DNA of 64,000 bases from NCBI RefSeq assembly GCF_033153115.1, contig NW_026889779.1, positions 18,166,001 through 18,230,000 of the forward strand, written 5' to 3'. This stretch comes from Saccostrea echinata. Its lineage: Eukaryota. Position 1 is the first letter of the stretch. Every line of letters begins with the position of its first letter. Shown here piece by piece: positions 1 to 13,716 of the stretch. Below the pieces are notes generated by a model that was not told where the DNA came from, made no database searches, and was given only the letters and a program-made list of their open reading frames with translations. A program made the position numbers and the translations under genes.

Positions 1-1820
1 CACTTATTCCCTGTTTCAAACCAATTAGCTTGTGCTCATTTACACAAGGGAATTTGAGTGAAAAAAAACTAAGTCCAATTTGATTGAACATTTTCAGATT
101 TCTTAAGAATTTCAGAAGAATTTCATGAAATCTTTCATGCACCCTTACTTGGCATTGGCAAAGTGATGAAGATGACACTAAACATTCAATAATCCCTGTA
201 CATTATCAAAATATATCATCCAACATCATATGTCACATTGCGATAACAAGTAAATAGCTGCCATTTCCGTTGTTAAGGCCTGTACACTTAGTGCATTTCA
301 AATCATTCCCAAAATGCATGAAAATCTTATGGCTATGAAAGGAATATGATGATTTTCAAGTCATAAAGTCCCTGATTTTTCCTCAATAATAAAAGTGGAT
401 CATCAATTTCTCATATTCTGTCACAAATTTACATCTAAAAATTCCCTAATTGCTCTTCATGGACAAAATAAATCATTTTCAGGCAATTGGATTTTTAAGT
501 TTGGCAACACTCAATCAATGTACATAGAAAATGCAATCACTTATTCCCTGTTTCAAACCAATTAGCTTGTGCTCATTTACACAAGGGAATTTGAGTGAAA
601 AAAAATAAGTCCAATTTGATTGAACATTTTCAGATTTCTTAAGAATTTCAGAAGAATTTCATGAAATCTTTCATGCACCCTTACTTGGCATTGGCAAAGT
701 GATGAAGATGACACTAAACATTCAATAATCCCTGTACATTATCAAAATATATCATCCAACATCATATGTCACATTGCGATAACAAGTAAATAGCTGCCAT
801 TTCCCTTGTTAAGGCCTGTACACTTAGTGCATTTCAAATCATTCCCAAAATGCATGAAAATCTTATGGCTATGAAAGGAATATGATGATTTTCAAGTCAT
901 AAAGTCCCTGATTTTTCCTCAATAATAAAAGTGGATCATCAATTTCTCATATTCTGTCACAAATTTACATCTAAAAATTCCCTTATTGCTCTTCATGGAC
1001 AAAATAAATCATTTTCAGGCAATTGGATTTTTAAGTTTGGCAACACTCAATCAATGTACATAGAAAATGCAATCACTTATTCCCTGTTTCAAACCAATTA
1101 GCTTGTGCTCATTTACACAAGGGAATTTGAGTGAAAAAAAACTAAGTCCAATTTGATTGAACATTTTCAGATTTCTTAAGAATTTCAGAAGAATTTCATG
1201 AAATCTTTCATGCACCCTTACTTGGCATTGGCAAATTGATGAAGATGGCACTAAACATTCAATAATCACTGTACATTATCAAAATATATCATCCAACATC
1301 ATATGTCACATTGCGATAACAAGTAAATAGCTGCCATTTCCCTTGTTAAGGCCTGTACACTTAGTGCATTTCAAATCATTCCCAAAATGCATGAAAATCT
1401 TATGGCTATGAAATGAATATGATGATTTTCAAGTCATAAAGTCCCTGATTTTTCCTCAATAATAAAAGTGGATCATCAATTTCTCATATTCTGTCACAAA
1501 TTTACATCTAAAAATTCCCTAATTGCTCTTCATGGACAAAATAAATCATTTTCAGGCAATTGGATTTTTAAGTTTGGCATCACTCAATCAATGTTTATAG
1601 AAAATGCAATCACTTATTCCCTGTTTCAAACCAATTAGCTTGTGCTCATGTATGTACACAAGGGAATTTGAAAAAACTAAGTCCAATTTGATTGAACATT
1701 TTCAGATTTCTTAAGAATTTCAGAAGAATTTCATGAAATCTTTCATGCACCCTTACTTGGCATTGGCAAAGTTATGAAGAAGACACTAAACATTCAATAA
1801 TCACTGTACATCATCAAAAT
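1..1820. repeat. Tandem repeat, ~537-bp unit, ~3.4 near-identical copies (continues off the left edge)
   Basis: cacttattccctgtttcaaacc recurs at 1, 538, 1074 and 1611; copies differ by few SNPs/indels. Confidence 0.97.
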
Positions 1821-2191
1821 TATTCTGGGAATTACTTTTATAAATTTCCACACGAGCATAATTTAAATGCTCACAAACATGGAATAATACATCTGTGACT
1901 TATATATCTGCAAAAGTCAATATTAAAAACTAAATATCCTTTTCTGTTTCACATTTCTTATCTACTTTCCAATAATGTCCAATCCTAAAATTTGACAACT
2001 TCTGCTTGCAAAAGTGTCTGTGACATCATTTGATCTGGAGTTAGAGGATCTTTACATATATGCTTTTGTTTGCAAAATGTCTTTTATCCCTCACTGGTAT
2101 ACTTCACTTCACCTTTTTTTTTGTTGTGATTTGTTGTTGTTGTTTATATTGAAGATTACCCGTATTCAACGAAATGTTGAAATGTTTTAGA

Positions 2192-2302
2192 AAGTTATAA
2201 GCCTCAAACTGACCATGTCAGATTAGGCTCTCCTCAGCGCTAACGTGCCTCGGCGGACCGTCTAATATCTGACATAATGGACAGTTTTCGGCTCATGAAC
2301 AT
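2192..2302. mobile_element. Short degenerate palindromic (foldback) element
   Basis: Arms aaactg-accatgtcagattag / ctaatatctgacataatgg-acagttt around a GC-rich centre (cgctaacgtgcctcggcg). Confidence 0.6.
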
Positions 2303-3120
2303 TACATACTTCCCTCTTTAACCATGAACCATGTACCCTGACCATGCTGACAAAAGGAATCGACCGCTTCGTATTTCCATAATATTTAATATTCAGGAGC
2401 AGAACAGTTTAGTCCGAAAATAATTAAGAAAAAATACTATAAGGAATGAATAAGTTGTCAAACCTTTCAAATCGAGTACATGTAAGTCTCGTTATTAAAA
2501 ATGCGTCTTTATGCATGTATACATGTACAATTTATTTTAGAGCACAGCTCGAAAAACGAACTTCACCTAGGCAACAAATGAAATATTTATACATTTCGTG
2601 ATCTTCATAGCTGAAATGGTATTGTGAAAAATATGACGCCGCAGCGTTTATGTGTGCACGAAATTATAAGAGTACGCATTATATGCATATATTTACGTTT
2701 CCAACTGATTTTTCTGTGATAATTCTTTGAATGTTAAGCGCAGACCTGTAGTACGCGGGGAGGGGGAAGGACACTTTTTTTTAGAATAATCTTTTGCTGT
2801 AGTTATAATAAGTAAGTTCTGATTTGGATGCCGTTTACGCCCCCCCCCCCTCCCCCCTTGTCAACGTTATTGGAGGTTGCCCTCTCCTTTTCAAAACCTT
2901 TGCTACGGGCCAGAAGTGTATTAATTTCTCTACATTTTCAGCTGGGTGTAAATTTCGCCAAATGAAAGCTCAAATTCTTTTATGCATGTTAATTTCTCCT
3001 ACTGTCATTGTCTATGATATTAGTGGGCGGTTACTATGGAAATTAAAATTAAATTTTGTGTATTTTAATTCTATTTGATAGCATAGATACATTTCTATTT
3101 CACATATAATTGTAAATATA

Positions 3121-3282
3121 AGGAATCACATTATAGTTTGTTGGGTATATCAGGGACATCAACAATTGTTGGAAACATTGAGTAATTTATGCATAACGGG
3201 CTTCGCCAGTTATGCAAATTATCCCACGTTCCAACTATCTTTTAATGCCCAGGAATACCCAACAAACTAAACACAGATTCCT
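3121..3282. mobile_element. Palindromic foldback element with GGC-TTC-GCC centre
   Basis: Paired arms aggaatc/gattcct, tagtttgttgggtat/atacccaacaaacta, gttggaa/ttccaac, tgcataac/gttatgca; flanked by direct repeat taaatata (3113-3120, 3283-3290). Confidence 0.8.
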
Positions 3283-6177
3283 TAAATATACTTACATATT
3301 GTAAAAAAAAAAGGGGGGGGGTCCAATAAAAGGAGTGTATCATGTCATTTATTTTACATTTACTGAGTGGAGGTAAATACAAAATTTATTTTTTGAACTT
3401 TACATTATGATAAGTGTCTTCCGTACGAATTTAGTTGATTAAAATACACAGTATATAAAGGTAACAAAGACTTCGAACTGTGAACCCTCTCAATTCGTCA
3501 AAATAAGTCTCAGTTTAGATCTTCATCTAAATACTATTCATGACAAATCGATGACTAAACACTAACAGAAAAAATTGTCTTGCAGTAACACGCACATTAC
3601 ATTACCAAATGTGCATGTATATATATATTGTCTGTTTTCTTCGTTTAGAAACTTTAATAACTGACAGAAATTAAAAAAAAAAATTAAGGTTTTATACACA
3701 AAATATAACCTTGGTCCTCTATTGTAAACTACATGTAAGGATGAGATCCTAATCTACACAGAGATAGCGACATCAGAACTCTAACTCTGACTGGAACCTC
3801 TTGCGTCTTTGTAATTTTGTAATTTTATTTTTACTCATCTGAGATTGCATATAGCGAAGTAACCAAGAGGACGAATACTTTGAACTTTTTAAAAAGAGAA
3901 ATAGAGCATGTAATGTACATTTACGTTGAGAAAATTAGTTTAGATGCAACCTCTACATCTGCCGATATTAACTCCTTTTGTAATTTTTTCAAGAAAAACG
4001 GGAATTATATCCTTATTTATAAATGATAATCACATAGGTCTATCTATTAAAAAAGAGTTTTAAGATACATATAAATTTCTCGTGTTATCAATAACTTAAT
4101 TTTAATGTAGTGTGTGTGTGTGGGGGGGGGGGTGTAATTTAAGTGCAATTGGACAAGCTGCATAAATGATAATTAAATTCTTACAGAAATTGGTCTTCAT
4201 TTTTACTTGTCTAACATATAAGAACCATTATGCATTATCTTCTACAAAAGAGGCAACATGGCTTCTATTCTTAACCCCGGTTTCCATGTAAATTTAATGC
4301 AGGTTCCAGATACTGTCTACAAAATTATCTTCTGTAAAATGCATAGCTTTTCACAATGCATGTATATGTTCCCATTAATTCAAATTAGAAACTCATCACT
4401 TTGGGTCAAAGTACAACTTTTCAAGATACAGTCACTGCCCCGTTTTGGAGAGTATAACTTCAGTTTGTACATTCAAATGTTACAATCAGCCACATCCAAA
4501 TCCTTCTTTCCGAAAAACGATATAAATAATGAGTACTACATGTACGTACTGAAAAAAAAACGTGTGAGACATTTTGTAAAATAGGTCCTATGGAAGCATA
4601 AATATTTTTATAAGTTTTTTTATCTTATACTTTTCTCTATCATCTTTTGTAGTTCCACACTTGCCCCTGGGCTTTTGATTTGAACAAACTTGAATGTACA
4701 CTCCACAAAGAGATTGACAATTTGTAACTCCCGGCCCTTATATTTCGAAAATATATTGTTTTTAAAATTCCTTCTACCTTTCTTTATAGTTATTATATTT
4801 CTTTGTTAGGAAATTAAAAATGACAGAAAAAGATATACAAATCTTAACCGATATAAGACAATATTCTAGTGTCCTCTACCACATTTAGATTTTTTTCCTT
4901 CAAATTGAAAAAAAAAATGGTACAGGAGAAAAGTATGAAGTACATACTTTCTTGACACTCCTATCTATATTTTTACCTAGAAAACATTAACAAACTTGAT
5001 ACAATATTTCCATGTCTCTTAATAATGATGAGAAAAAAGACCAAGAATCAGACATAGTTAACAAATACCCCCAAATCGCTATTCTGTAGCAAGGAAGTGG
5101 TATATATCAAAATATAATGACGAAACATTCATTAAAAAATTTACGATAATCATTATAAACATAGTAAACCACATTCGCAATTCTGTATTAAGTTTTGATT
5201 TATTCCATCAATTAAAATGAAAGATAATACACTGTATCATTATAATAATCACATGTAGGGGAGCACCTGTTCTTGTATTTATAAGTAGCTATTATAATAT
5301 TCTTAAGGCTGCGTACGAAATAATACACTATATATGCAATGTAGAAATCGTATCCCCTTACATGCAGACTATTAGAAATCCCAATGTTCTCGATTTATTA
5401 ACCGAACGATTGAAAAAAAAAAAGCATAGCCAGTATTTCTTCCATGTGCATGATTTGAACGCGTGTCAAAGAGGAAGTAACTTGGAAAAGGTCATTAGGT
5501 TCGTGCTCTGGAATGCAATGTAAACAAAACACTAGCAACTTGTTCAGTCAAAGAGAGGTAATCAGCTAATAGCGTTTGTAGGTCAAAGTTGCAAAACTGG
5601 AAAATTTTCTATCTCGATGGAATGCATCAATTTCTATGATCTTTATTAAATTTCAATTTGATACACTTGTCAAATCATGCCAATGTGCCTCTATAATTAT
5701 TTGTTATAACTGACAACATAAAATTATTGAACAGAGATTGATTCTTCTGCAAGATGGTTAGCATGATTGTCTGTATATAGATAAAACATTTCATTACAAT
5801 GCATGGACTAGAAATATTAAAAAAAAAAAAATCTTATCGCATTCATGTATTAAGTATCTTTTACATGTTGAATTTGCTTTATAATTTCAGAAATTAATAG
5901 TTAAAAAAATATAATTTGACAAATCATATTAATCTCTGTATTTTTTAAAAAAAAAAATAAATAAATAAATAAAGAATGAAAATTAGACAGGAAATTATTT
6001 TTGAATTGAAAGAAATGCACTATATAATATGATGTTATGTACGATTAATTATTTTGTTGTAGTCAACTAAAATTTTCTAGAAATTTCTTAGAAGTGACAT
6101 TTTTTTTTGCTGCAATAATTTTATATACCCAGAACTTAATGTAAATAGATAGAGCAGGTGATATTTTCCCTAAATTT

Positions 6178-6253
6178 AGATCCAGACCAGGACTTGAACC
6201 TGGATATTCCATTAGTGATTAATGGTTGCTTTACCAATTAAGCTATCTGGACT
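6178..6253 (-). mobile_element. Degenerate tRNA-derived SINE head
   Basis: Minus strand gtccagatagcttaattggtaaagc...ccaggttcaagtcctggtctggatc has Pol III A/B-box-like motifs; no intact cloverleaf. Confidence 0.55.
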
Positions 6254-7800
6254 TTTGTAAGAAATTACCCTGCTCATGAATAAATCCCTTAATCTCATCT
6301 TATTTATTTTTATTCAGTATATTCTTTAAAAAATACAGTTCTTATTCATAACAACATTATTACAATTATATTTATTTATTTAAAAAAAAATTAAAAAATA
6401 ATTAAATAAGTATTTTTACATTAAACGTCATATTTCTACATTTACTCAACCATTTATTTCAATGTATGATTTTTAAAGACAATTCACTACATATAATATG
6501 TTAGATTTTTTTTTAAAAAGTTGAATTAAATATACTCCAACTTTATAAATAAAGTATTTTAGTCATTGCCATTACCTCAGTAAATTTATACATAAAATTG
6601 CATTAGAACATCTGTTGAACATGACAGATTTATTGCGGTGTTTTCTCGGACAAAATTAACTGAAGGAATTTATCTTAATTTCAATACTCTGATCACCAAA
6701 AAGTTGTTTTTTTTTTTTTTTTTTGTTTGTTGTCTTTTTGTTCTGATTTGTTTTGTTTGTTAGTTGCTTTTTATTTCTCTAGGTTTAAATGACCCATCGT
6801 ATTTGCTGAAGATGTAACATCGCATTTTGCTTAACTTAAGTAAAAAATTCAAATATACAAAATCAATTGACAGATATCTTTTGATATTACCTATAAATAC
6901 AACATGCTTGACTGAGATAACTTTCCATTCTCCACATTTTGCAAACCTGTTTTTGTTAATGGCGTACACTATGAAAATAAACAGAGATCGGGCAAACAAT
7001 CACTTTGTTGTTCACAAACTGAATATCAGTAAATTCCTCTTCATGTTTCTAATTTGAAAGAAAAACAAACTGAAGATTCGTCCAGTAGGCAAAAGTACAT
7101 GTATGAATTTCCTTGTGTTCCAGAAAGAGTGAATATTTCCAACCCACGGAAATCTCCCACGATAATGCTTATGAAATATCTGTACACATAATTGTACACA
7201 AAATACCAATGTCTTTCTTAGTACCTGGAGATTATAAGAAACGAAGCAGTACTAAGTATATTTTCAATCGCCATTACTTTTCCTCTAATGTAGGTCGGGC
7301 ATGCGTACATCTCATATATACAAGCGACGAAGAAAATTGAGCACAAGGATTTATAAAAGCAACGATTTCTTTTGATTTCTAGATATATATAGTGCTGATA
7401 ATTTTATTGCTGTGAGATATTGCGTTTTTACATAAACACTGAGAAGAACTCTCTCATATATATCAAATTTAAGAAAGAAAACGACGAAAAACGGCAGTTT
7501 GCCTCTATTGGCACATGCAGACGACATCGATATATACGACGGAAATGGGTACCCTCATAAACATCGTTCAAATAATATGTTATTATTAACATATAATATT
7601 TTAATGGTACTCAATGAAACGACAAAAGATTGTTCTTTCTTTTGGTATAAATATCAGGTTGCTTTGCGTTAGAATAAAGAGTTAGTTGAGATTTGAAAAT
7701 CAAGCAGACCATTAGCGGCAAACGAAATTTTGCACCTATGTTCCGTTTGCCTCCATTGGCACACACAGACGATTTCGTTTGCCGCTATTGGTACAGATAG

Positions 7801-7803
<3 letters not shown>

Positions 7804-7862
<59 letters not shown>
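7804..7862. repeat. (TA)n microsatellite
   Basis: ~29 TA units. Confidence 0.98.
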
Positions 7863-7864
<2 letters not shown>

Positions 7865-9174
7865 ACAGAAATGCCTTCCTTTCAACTCCATAATTCTATC
7901 TAAGCTTCTGTAGTGTTTCCTGCAATTTACGTATATTTCATCCATCAGCTAGTAAGTAAAGTTATAATTTGGTGCTTTGTGTTATATTCTGCACATTCAA
8001 GAACCTCTCCGAATAAATAATCAGTTTTAATTTGATTAATAAATCTGGTACATATTCCTGGTACTTTTCCCAACAATCAAAAAGCTTTCACAATAGCTTT
8101 TCAGATGTGATATTCTTTCCAATAATACTTAATGAATATTGATGATTGTCAAAAGTAATTCATTAAAAAATAAAATTCTATCTGAATCTAAAATAAAATT
8201 TCTGAAAATGTGCAGTTGTAAATTGTTACCGTTGTAGTTCTATTTTTCCCACCCCCTTTTAACCCTGTCGCCATGAAATAAACTTCCTGGTCTTCGTGCA
8301 CATGACTGTTCATTGATGTTTGAAATTAAGTGAAACAAAAGGAGCAAAACTAAAGATATTCTATTTGAGATGAAAATGTGTCATACAAACCGTATCCTGC
8401 AGAAATATCCATACCGACAAATTGGACAATCTAACATCTGAAATAAATACGCATCTTTAAAGCTTGATGTTCAGGTTATTACGTACATTAGTCATGTGCA
8501 TTCATGGACATATATATATATATATATTGACAGAAATGCCTTCCTTTCAACTCCATAATTCTATCTAAGCTTCTGTAGTGTTTCCTGCAATTTACGTATA
8601 TTTCATCCATCAGCTAGTAAGTAAAGTTATAATTTGGTGCTTTGTGTTATATTCTGCACATTCAAGAACCTCTCCGAATAAATAATCAGTTTTAATTTGA
8701 TTAATAAATCTGGTACATATTCCTGGTACTTTTCCCAACAATCAAAAAGCTTTCACAATAGCTTTTCAGATGTGATATTCTTTCCAATAATACTTAATGA
8801 ATATTGATGATTGTCAAAAGTAATTCATTAAAAAATAAAATTCTATCTGAATCTAAAATAAAATTTCTGAAAATGTGCAGTTGTAAATTGTTACCGTTGT
8901 AGTTCTATTTTTCCCACCCCCTTTTAACCCTGTCGCCATGAAATAAACTTCCTGGTCTTCGTGCACATGACTGTTCATTGATGTTTGAAATTAAGTGAAA
9001 CGAAAGGAGCAAAACTAAAGATATTCTATTTGAGATGAAAATGTGTCATACAAACCGTATCCTGCAGAAATATCCATACCGACAAATTGGACAATCTAAC
9101 ATCTGAAATAAATACGCATCTTTAAAGCTTGATGTTCAGGTTATTACGTACATTAGTCATGTGCATTCATGGAC
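7861..9174. repeat. Tandem duplication, 665-bp period, each copy preceded by (TA)n
   Basis: attgacagaaatgccttcc at 7861 and 8526; I found only one substitution between copies. Confidence 0.95.
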
Positions 9175-9495
9175 GTCTTTTATATTTTTAGGTTAGTATT
9201 TCAAGATAATAAGGTCATTTAAATCTTGGTAAAAAATTATTTGACAGACTTTAAATCGTTTAGTTGTCGGAAGGGATAGGCGTACATGTAGATGTGTAGT
9301 TTTAATGTTGTGTGGCTGCAAATCGGTAACCTAGGATAAAGCTGAATCAATTCAATATTTGACAAATTTTTTTTCAGTTTACAAAATATTTCTGTATGAA
9401 TATTTATATTAAAAAATTTTTACAAGCGTTGATTCAAATTAATGCCTCAACTGCGATAAAATTTTTAATAATCAAAAGCTTTCAAATTTAAATCG

Positions 9496-10785
9496 TATGG
9501 CATGTCAAACGTTGCAATATTCGATCTTTTGCATTTGCATTGTATAATTTTCCATTTGCATTGTATAATTTTTATTTGTATTGTATAATTTTCTATTTGT
9601 ATTGTATAATTTTTCATTTGTATTGTATAATTTTTATTTGTATTCTATAATTTTCTATTTGTATTGTATAATTTTCATTTGTATTGTATAATTTTTATTT
9701 GTATTGTATAATTTTCCATTTGCATTGTATAATTTCTTATTTGTATTGTAAAATTTCTTATTTGTATGCGATAATTTTTCATTTGTATTGTATCCGCGGA
9801 CAGTTTATTTGTTTCGTTACGAAGGATTTCATTGGTCAAGTTTCAGCCTGTATCGGGTTGAAGATGTTCCGGATGCTCAAAGCAAACTGGGCTCATATGT
9901 ATTTGCTTGCTTGCTTGCTTGATTATTGTTAAACACCGAGTCGGCAATATTTCAGCCATATTTCGGCGGCATATGTATTTGCGTGCATGTTAGACGGTCA
10001 TTGGACTCTAAAAAGGGAGCGCTGGTAGATGGCAAATGAATAATCTGTCCTTAGGAATGCTGACTGAGAAAATAAATAAATTGACCTTGAGTGGTGGTAA
10101 CTACCCCCACCCCCAAGAAACTGAGTTTTCGGGTTTGGGCGGATTTTCTTCTTTTTGTTTTTCTCCTTGTCTCTGGTCATATTGGAAATAAATATTCTCT
10201 CCTGCGAGAGAATGAAAATAAATAATCGGATTCGACACCCCCCCCCCCCCGAGAATCAAATGGTCGTCCCTTAGCATGCACCGCAAATAGAGGAGCCGAG
10301 TTTGCGCGATCGGAATTGTGGGAAGGGTACCAGACTAAGTTTGTGATGGGCACCTGAGACCTTTATACAGACTAAATTTTATTACCAATGACATCCTTCG
10401 TAACGAAATAAATAAACAATCCTCGGATACAATACAAATGAAAAATTATCGCATACAAATAAGAAATTCTACAATACAAATAAGAAATTATACAATGCAA
10501 ATGGAAAATATAGAATACAAATGAAAAATTATACAATTCAAATGATTTTTTTACAACACAAATAGAAAATATAGAATACAAATAAACATTATACAATCCA
10601 AATGGAAAATTATAAAATCCAAATGGAAAATTATAGAATACAAATAAAAATTATACAATACAAATTGAAAATTATACAATACAAATGAAAAATTATACAA
10701 TACAAATAAAAATTATACAATACAAATGGAGAATTATACAATACAAATAGAAAAGATCGAATATTGCAACGTTTGACATGCCATA
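9496..10785. mobile_element. Non-autonomous DNA transposon, IS3EU-like, with long TIRs made of 20-21-bp subrepeats
   Basis: Termini TATGGCATGTCAAACGTTGCAATATTCGATC / exact reverse complement; TIRs ~340-400 bp of (atttgtattgtataattttt)n; 6-bp TSD AAATCG at 9490-9495 and 10786-10791. Confidence 0.88.
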
Positions 10786-10861
10786 AAATCGAGCACAGCG
10801 AGTGGCGCGAACTGCGAGCTCTAACGACAACGCCTGGGCGATGAGAAAATTTTGACTTGAA

Positions 10862-13522
10862 CAGGTTGGAGAGAATACTCGAAATCGGGTATTATCCGTG
10901 AAATCGCGTATAGTCCTCGATATCAGGGTATCGTTGAATCCGCGAAATCGGGTATACCGTGCAACTTTCTGTAAAAACAGAAAAATAAAGCAACGGCGCA
11001 TTGTGTTAGTTAGTGTTACTTGTACATCAGTATCTTGGGAGTTTATTTTTATTGAACTCAATTTAAATGGTTGTCTGACAAGTTTAAAATCACAGGACAA
11101 ACACTGCTGGGGTAGCAAAGAAGGCACGGTGGCGTCATTATTTTTCAGTACAGGTTCTAAAAACAAATAACTACATGCCGTCTGTGTTTATTTCCCTATA
11201 AATTATTCCCCAAGCTTAATTTCTTAACCTGTGCATTATTCACAAAATGTAAAACTTTGAAGAAATTTAACGACTAACGCTGTGTTATGTATTTTTTACT
11301 TCAAAATGTATGGTGTCCCTTTCACGTTAAATTTAAATTATTCCTCAGTTGGTAAGTACATGTATTTCTCATCGATATAGAATACTGACGTTTTCGTAAG
11401 GGAAAAAAAAATAAAATAAAAACAAACAAACAAACATAAAAAAAAACAACAAAGGGAAAGCAGGTTGAAAAATGATATAAAATGAAATAAATTTAATATC
11501 TACATGTGTACATGCATGTAAACTTAAATACATTTTTAAAAATTAATACAATGTATATTGATAAAGGTAAAGAATCTTTATAAAATTAACAGTTCCTCCT
11601 ATGGTGTATGTATACAGTCCTGCAATTCCCGCGGGGAAAGGGGGAGGTGCGTATTTTTTAAAGAAAATATTTAAATGTCAGTTTACCATGAAAATTTTCA
11701 TTCAAAGAACCCGCCAATGTTTTGGTTGCATTTTGATTGATGCAAGCGACGTTATTTTACCTGTGTGTGTTTGTGTGGAAATTGAGAACGAGATGTCTTG
11801 TTAAAAGGATTTTCGTTTAGCTCGGGGGGGGGGGGGGGGGCTTGGTTCATATAAATAAATAAAAAAAAATCCAATTCGCACATCTTCTCATGTGCTTAAT
11901 ATACATTCTCAATATAGAGCTAATATTCAAATATGAATTATATTTTAAAGTTTTCACATATTATACTGTTTTTACTTTATATACATATGAACAAACTGAA
12001 GTGGAGTGTTCAATCGCGTCTTAGCTTAAGTCTTGAGCTGCATTGTTTTTAATTAATCATCCATACAGATTGGAGACACTTTCTTTTATTATTATTATAG
12101 TATTGGATAGACAGGGTAGATTTTCTCTTCAGAGTCTGTAGTTTATTTTAGGTTATATCGCTTTAAACCTCAGTATAATATGCTAAAATACGTTATCTGA
12201 TTGATTCTAGACAGTACGTCACGTGACAGGGAACTAAAACTTCATAATTCCCTGTCTTTTCTGTAATCTGTGATACTTATTACTCATGGTTATCACTTTT
12301 TGTTATTATTCATCTATGGTGAAAAATGTGTTAGAAAATAAACATGAAGTTTAGTTTTTTTTTAAACTTGTCGAATGTGGTAAAAAGTAACAGGTTTCTA
12401 TTTTAACCTCATATTGTTTCGGTATATAAACAATTATTGCATGAATGTTTTGGAGATATGAAGAATTCTATTCACTCAAGAGGGCAAAATGATTTTTATT
12501 AGATGAATAGATCTTCTCTCTTTATCATGCAATGAATATATACCATTCAATGACGTTTAGCACAAAACTCTACAATAACATTTTACATTTAATTTGATTA
12601 TTTTGAAAGGGGAGGGATGTTTCTCTTGGACACATGCATAACACATTCGAGGTTAATTTTCGCTTGACCGAGATAGTCCGGACAAGGAATAATTAATGTA
12701 AGCAGCTATTCACTTTCGTCCCCTGAAGTCGCCGAAAAATGGCAAAATATTGCCGACTCAGCGAAATTAAATGATCAACAGTTATTTTCTCTCACAAGCT
12801 ATGTTGCTGAGAACATCATTGTCTTTGCTAAAACGTTGGAGGCATGTTGAATCCAAAGGAAATTTTAATAATTTAAAAAAAAAATAAGAAAGAATATGTC
12901 GCCTTTTATAATTAGCTTTAATTGTCATTCTCTGTTTATTAAACATATATATATTGGTACAAGATATATGTAAGGAATGCTATTCAACGACAAAAAAATC
13001 AACTGATGAAAATAGATTCATAACACACACACACACACACCCTCCGAAAAAATACGCGTTATATTAGTTTTTGCCGTAATTTGAAACATTTTAACCATTA
13101 AATAGTTTATACATTTTGTAATGAATTATTTTTATGCACAAGATGAATGTTAAAGCAATTAATGACGCATAATTGGGTATGACATGAAGAAGATGCAAAT
13201 ACATTTAACATTATATAAAATTTAAAAGCAGAACGAACGTTTGTTTGAGTGAAGATCATGAAAGTACTAAGCTCCACGGGTATTCGTTGTCCAATGCGCA
13301 TTAATTCGGACTTCCAAATTGTTATTTGGCTAGTGATACCTTTAGATAACATTTGTCTCTAGGTGAAAGTTGACTCGGCAAAATGCGCCATCCCATTGTT
13401 TAAGTTTTATAGGGTGATTACACCGCCTATACCCGATTTCGCGGATACAACGATACCCCGATTTCGGGGACTATACGCGATTTCACGGATAATATTTGAT
13501 TTCGAGTATTCTCTCCAACCTG
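10862..13522. mobile_element. 2.66-kb non-autonomous TIR element, CAGG...CCTG termini, 5-bp TSD
   Basis: ~95-bp TIRs (caggttggagagaatactcgaaatc...cgcgaaatcgggtata) with internal gaaatcg repeats; TSD TTGAA at 10857-10861 and 13523-13527; no transposase ORF. Confidence 0.88.
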
Positions 13523-13716
13523 TTGAACATTCATCCAAATGATTTTTTTCCGCAGTAACCTTTGGACCCACAATGCAACGCTAATGTGTTTCGCTGCTAA
13601 ATTCGTTCTCGCGGTAACAACAACTAAAAAATTCACACACAAAAAAAATAAACTAGCTCACACTTGATTTAATAGTTACTGCATACAGATAGTAGATTAC
13701 ACAGCTAATTGTGCCA

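Noticed and set aside
9520-10760. 20-21-bp repeat arrays as CRISPR, and Tyr/Cys/Ile-rich ORFs
   Set aside because: No unique spacers or cas genes; they are TIR subrepeats and the ORFs are repeat translations
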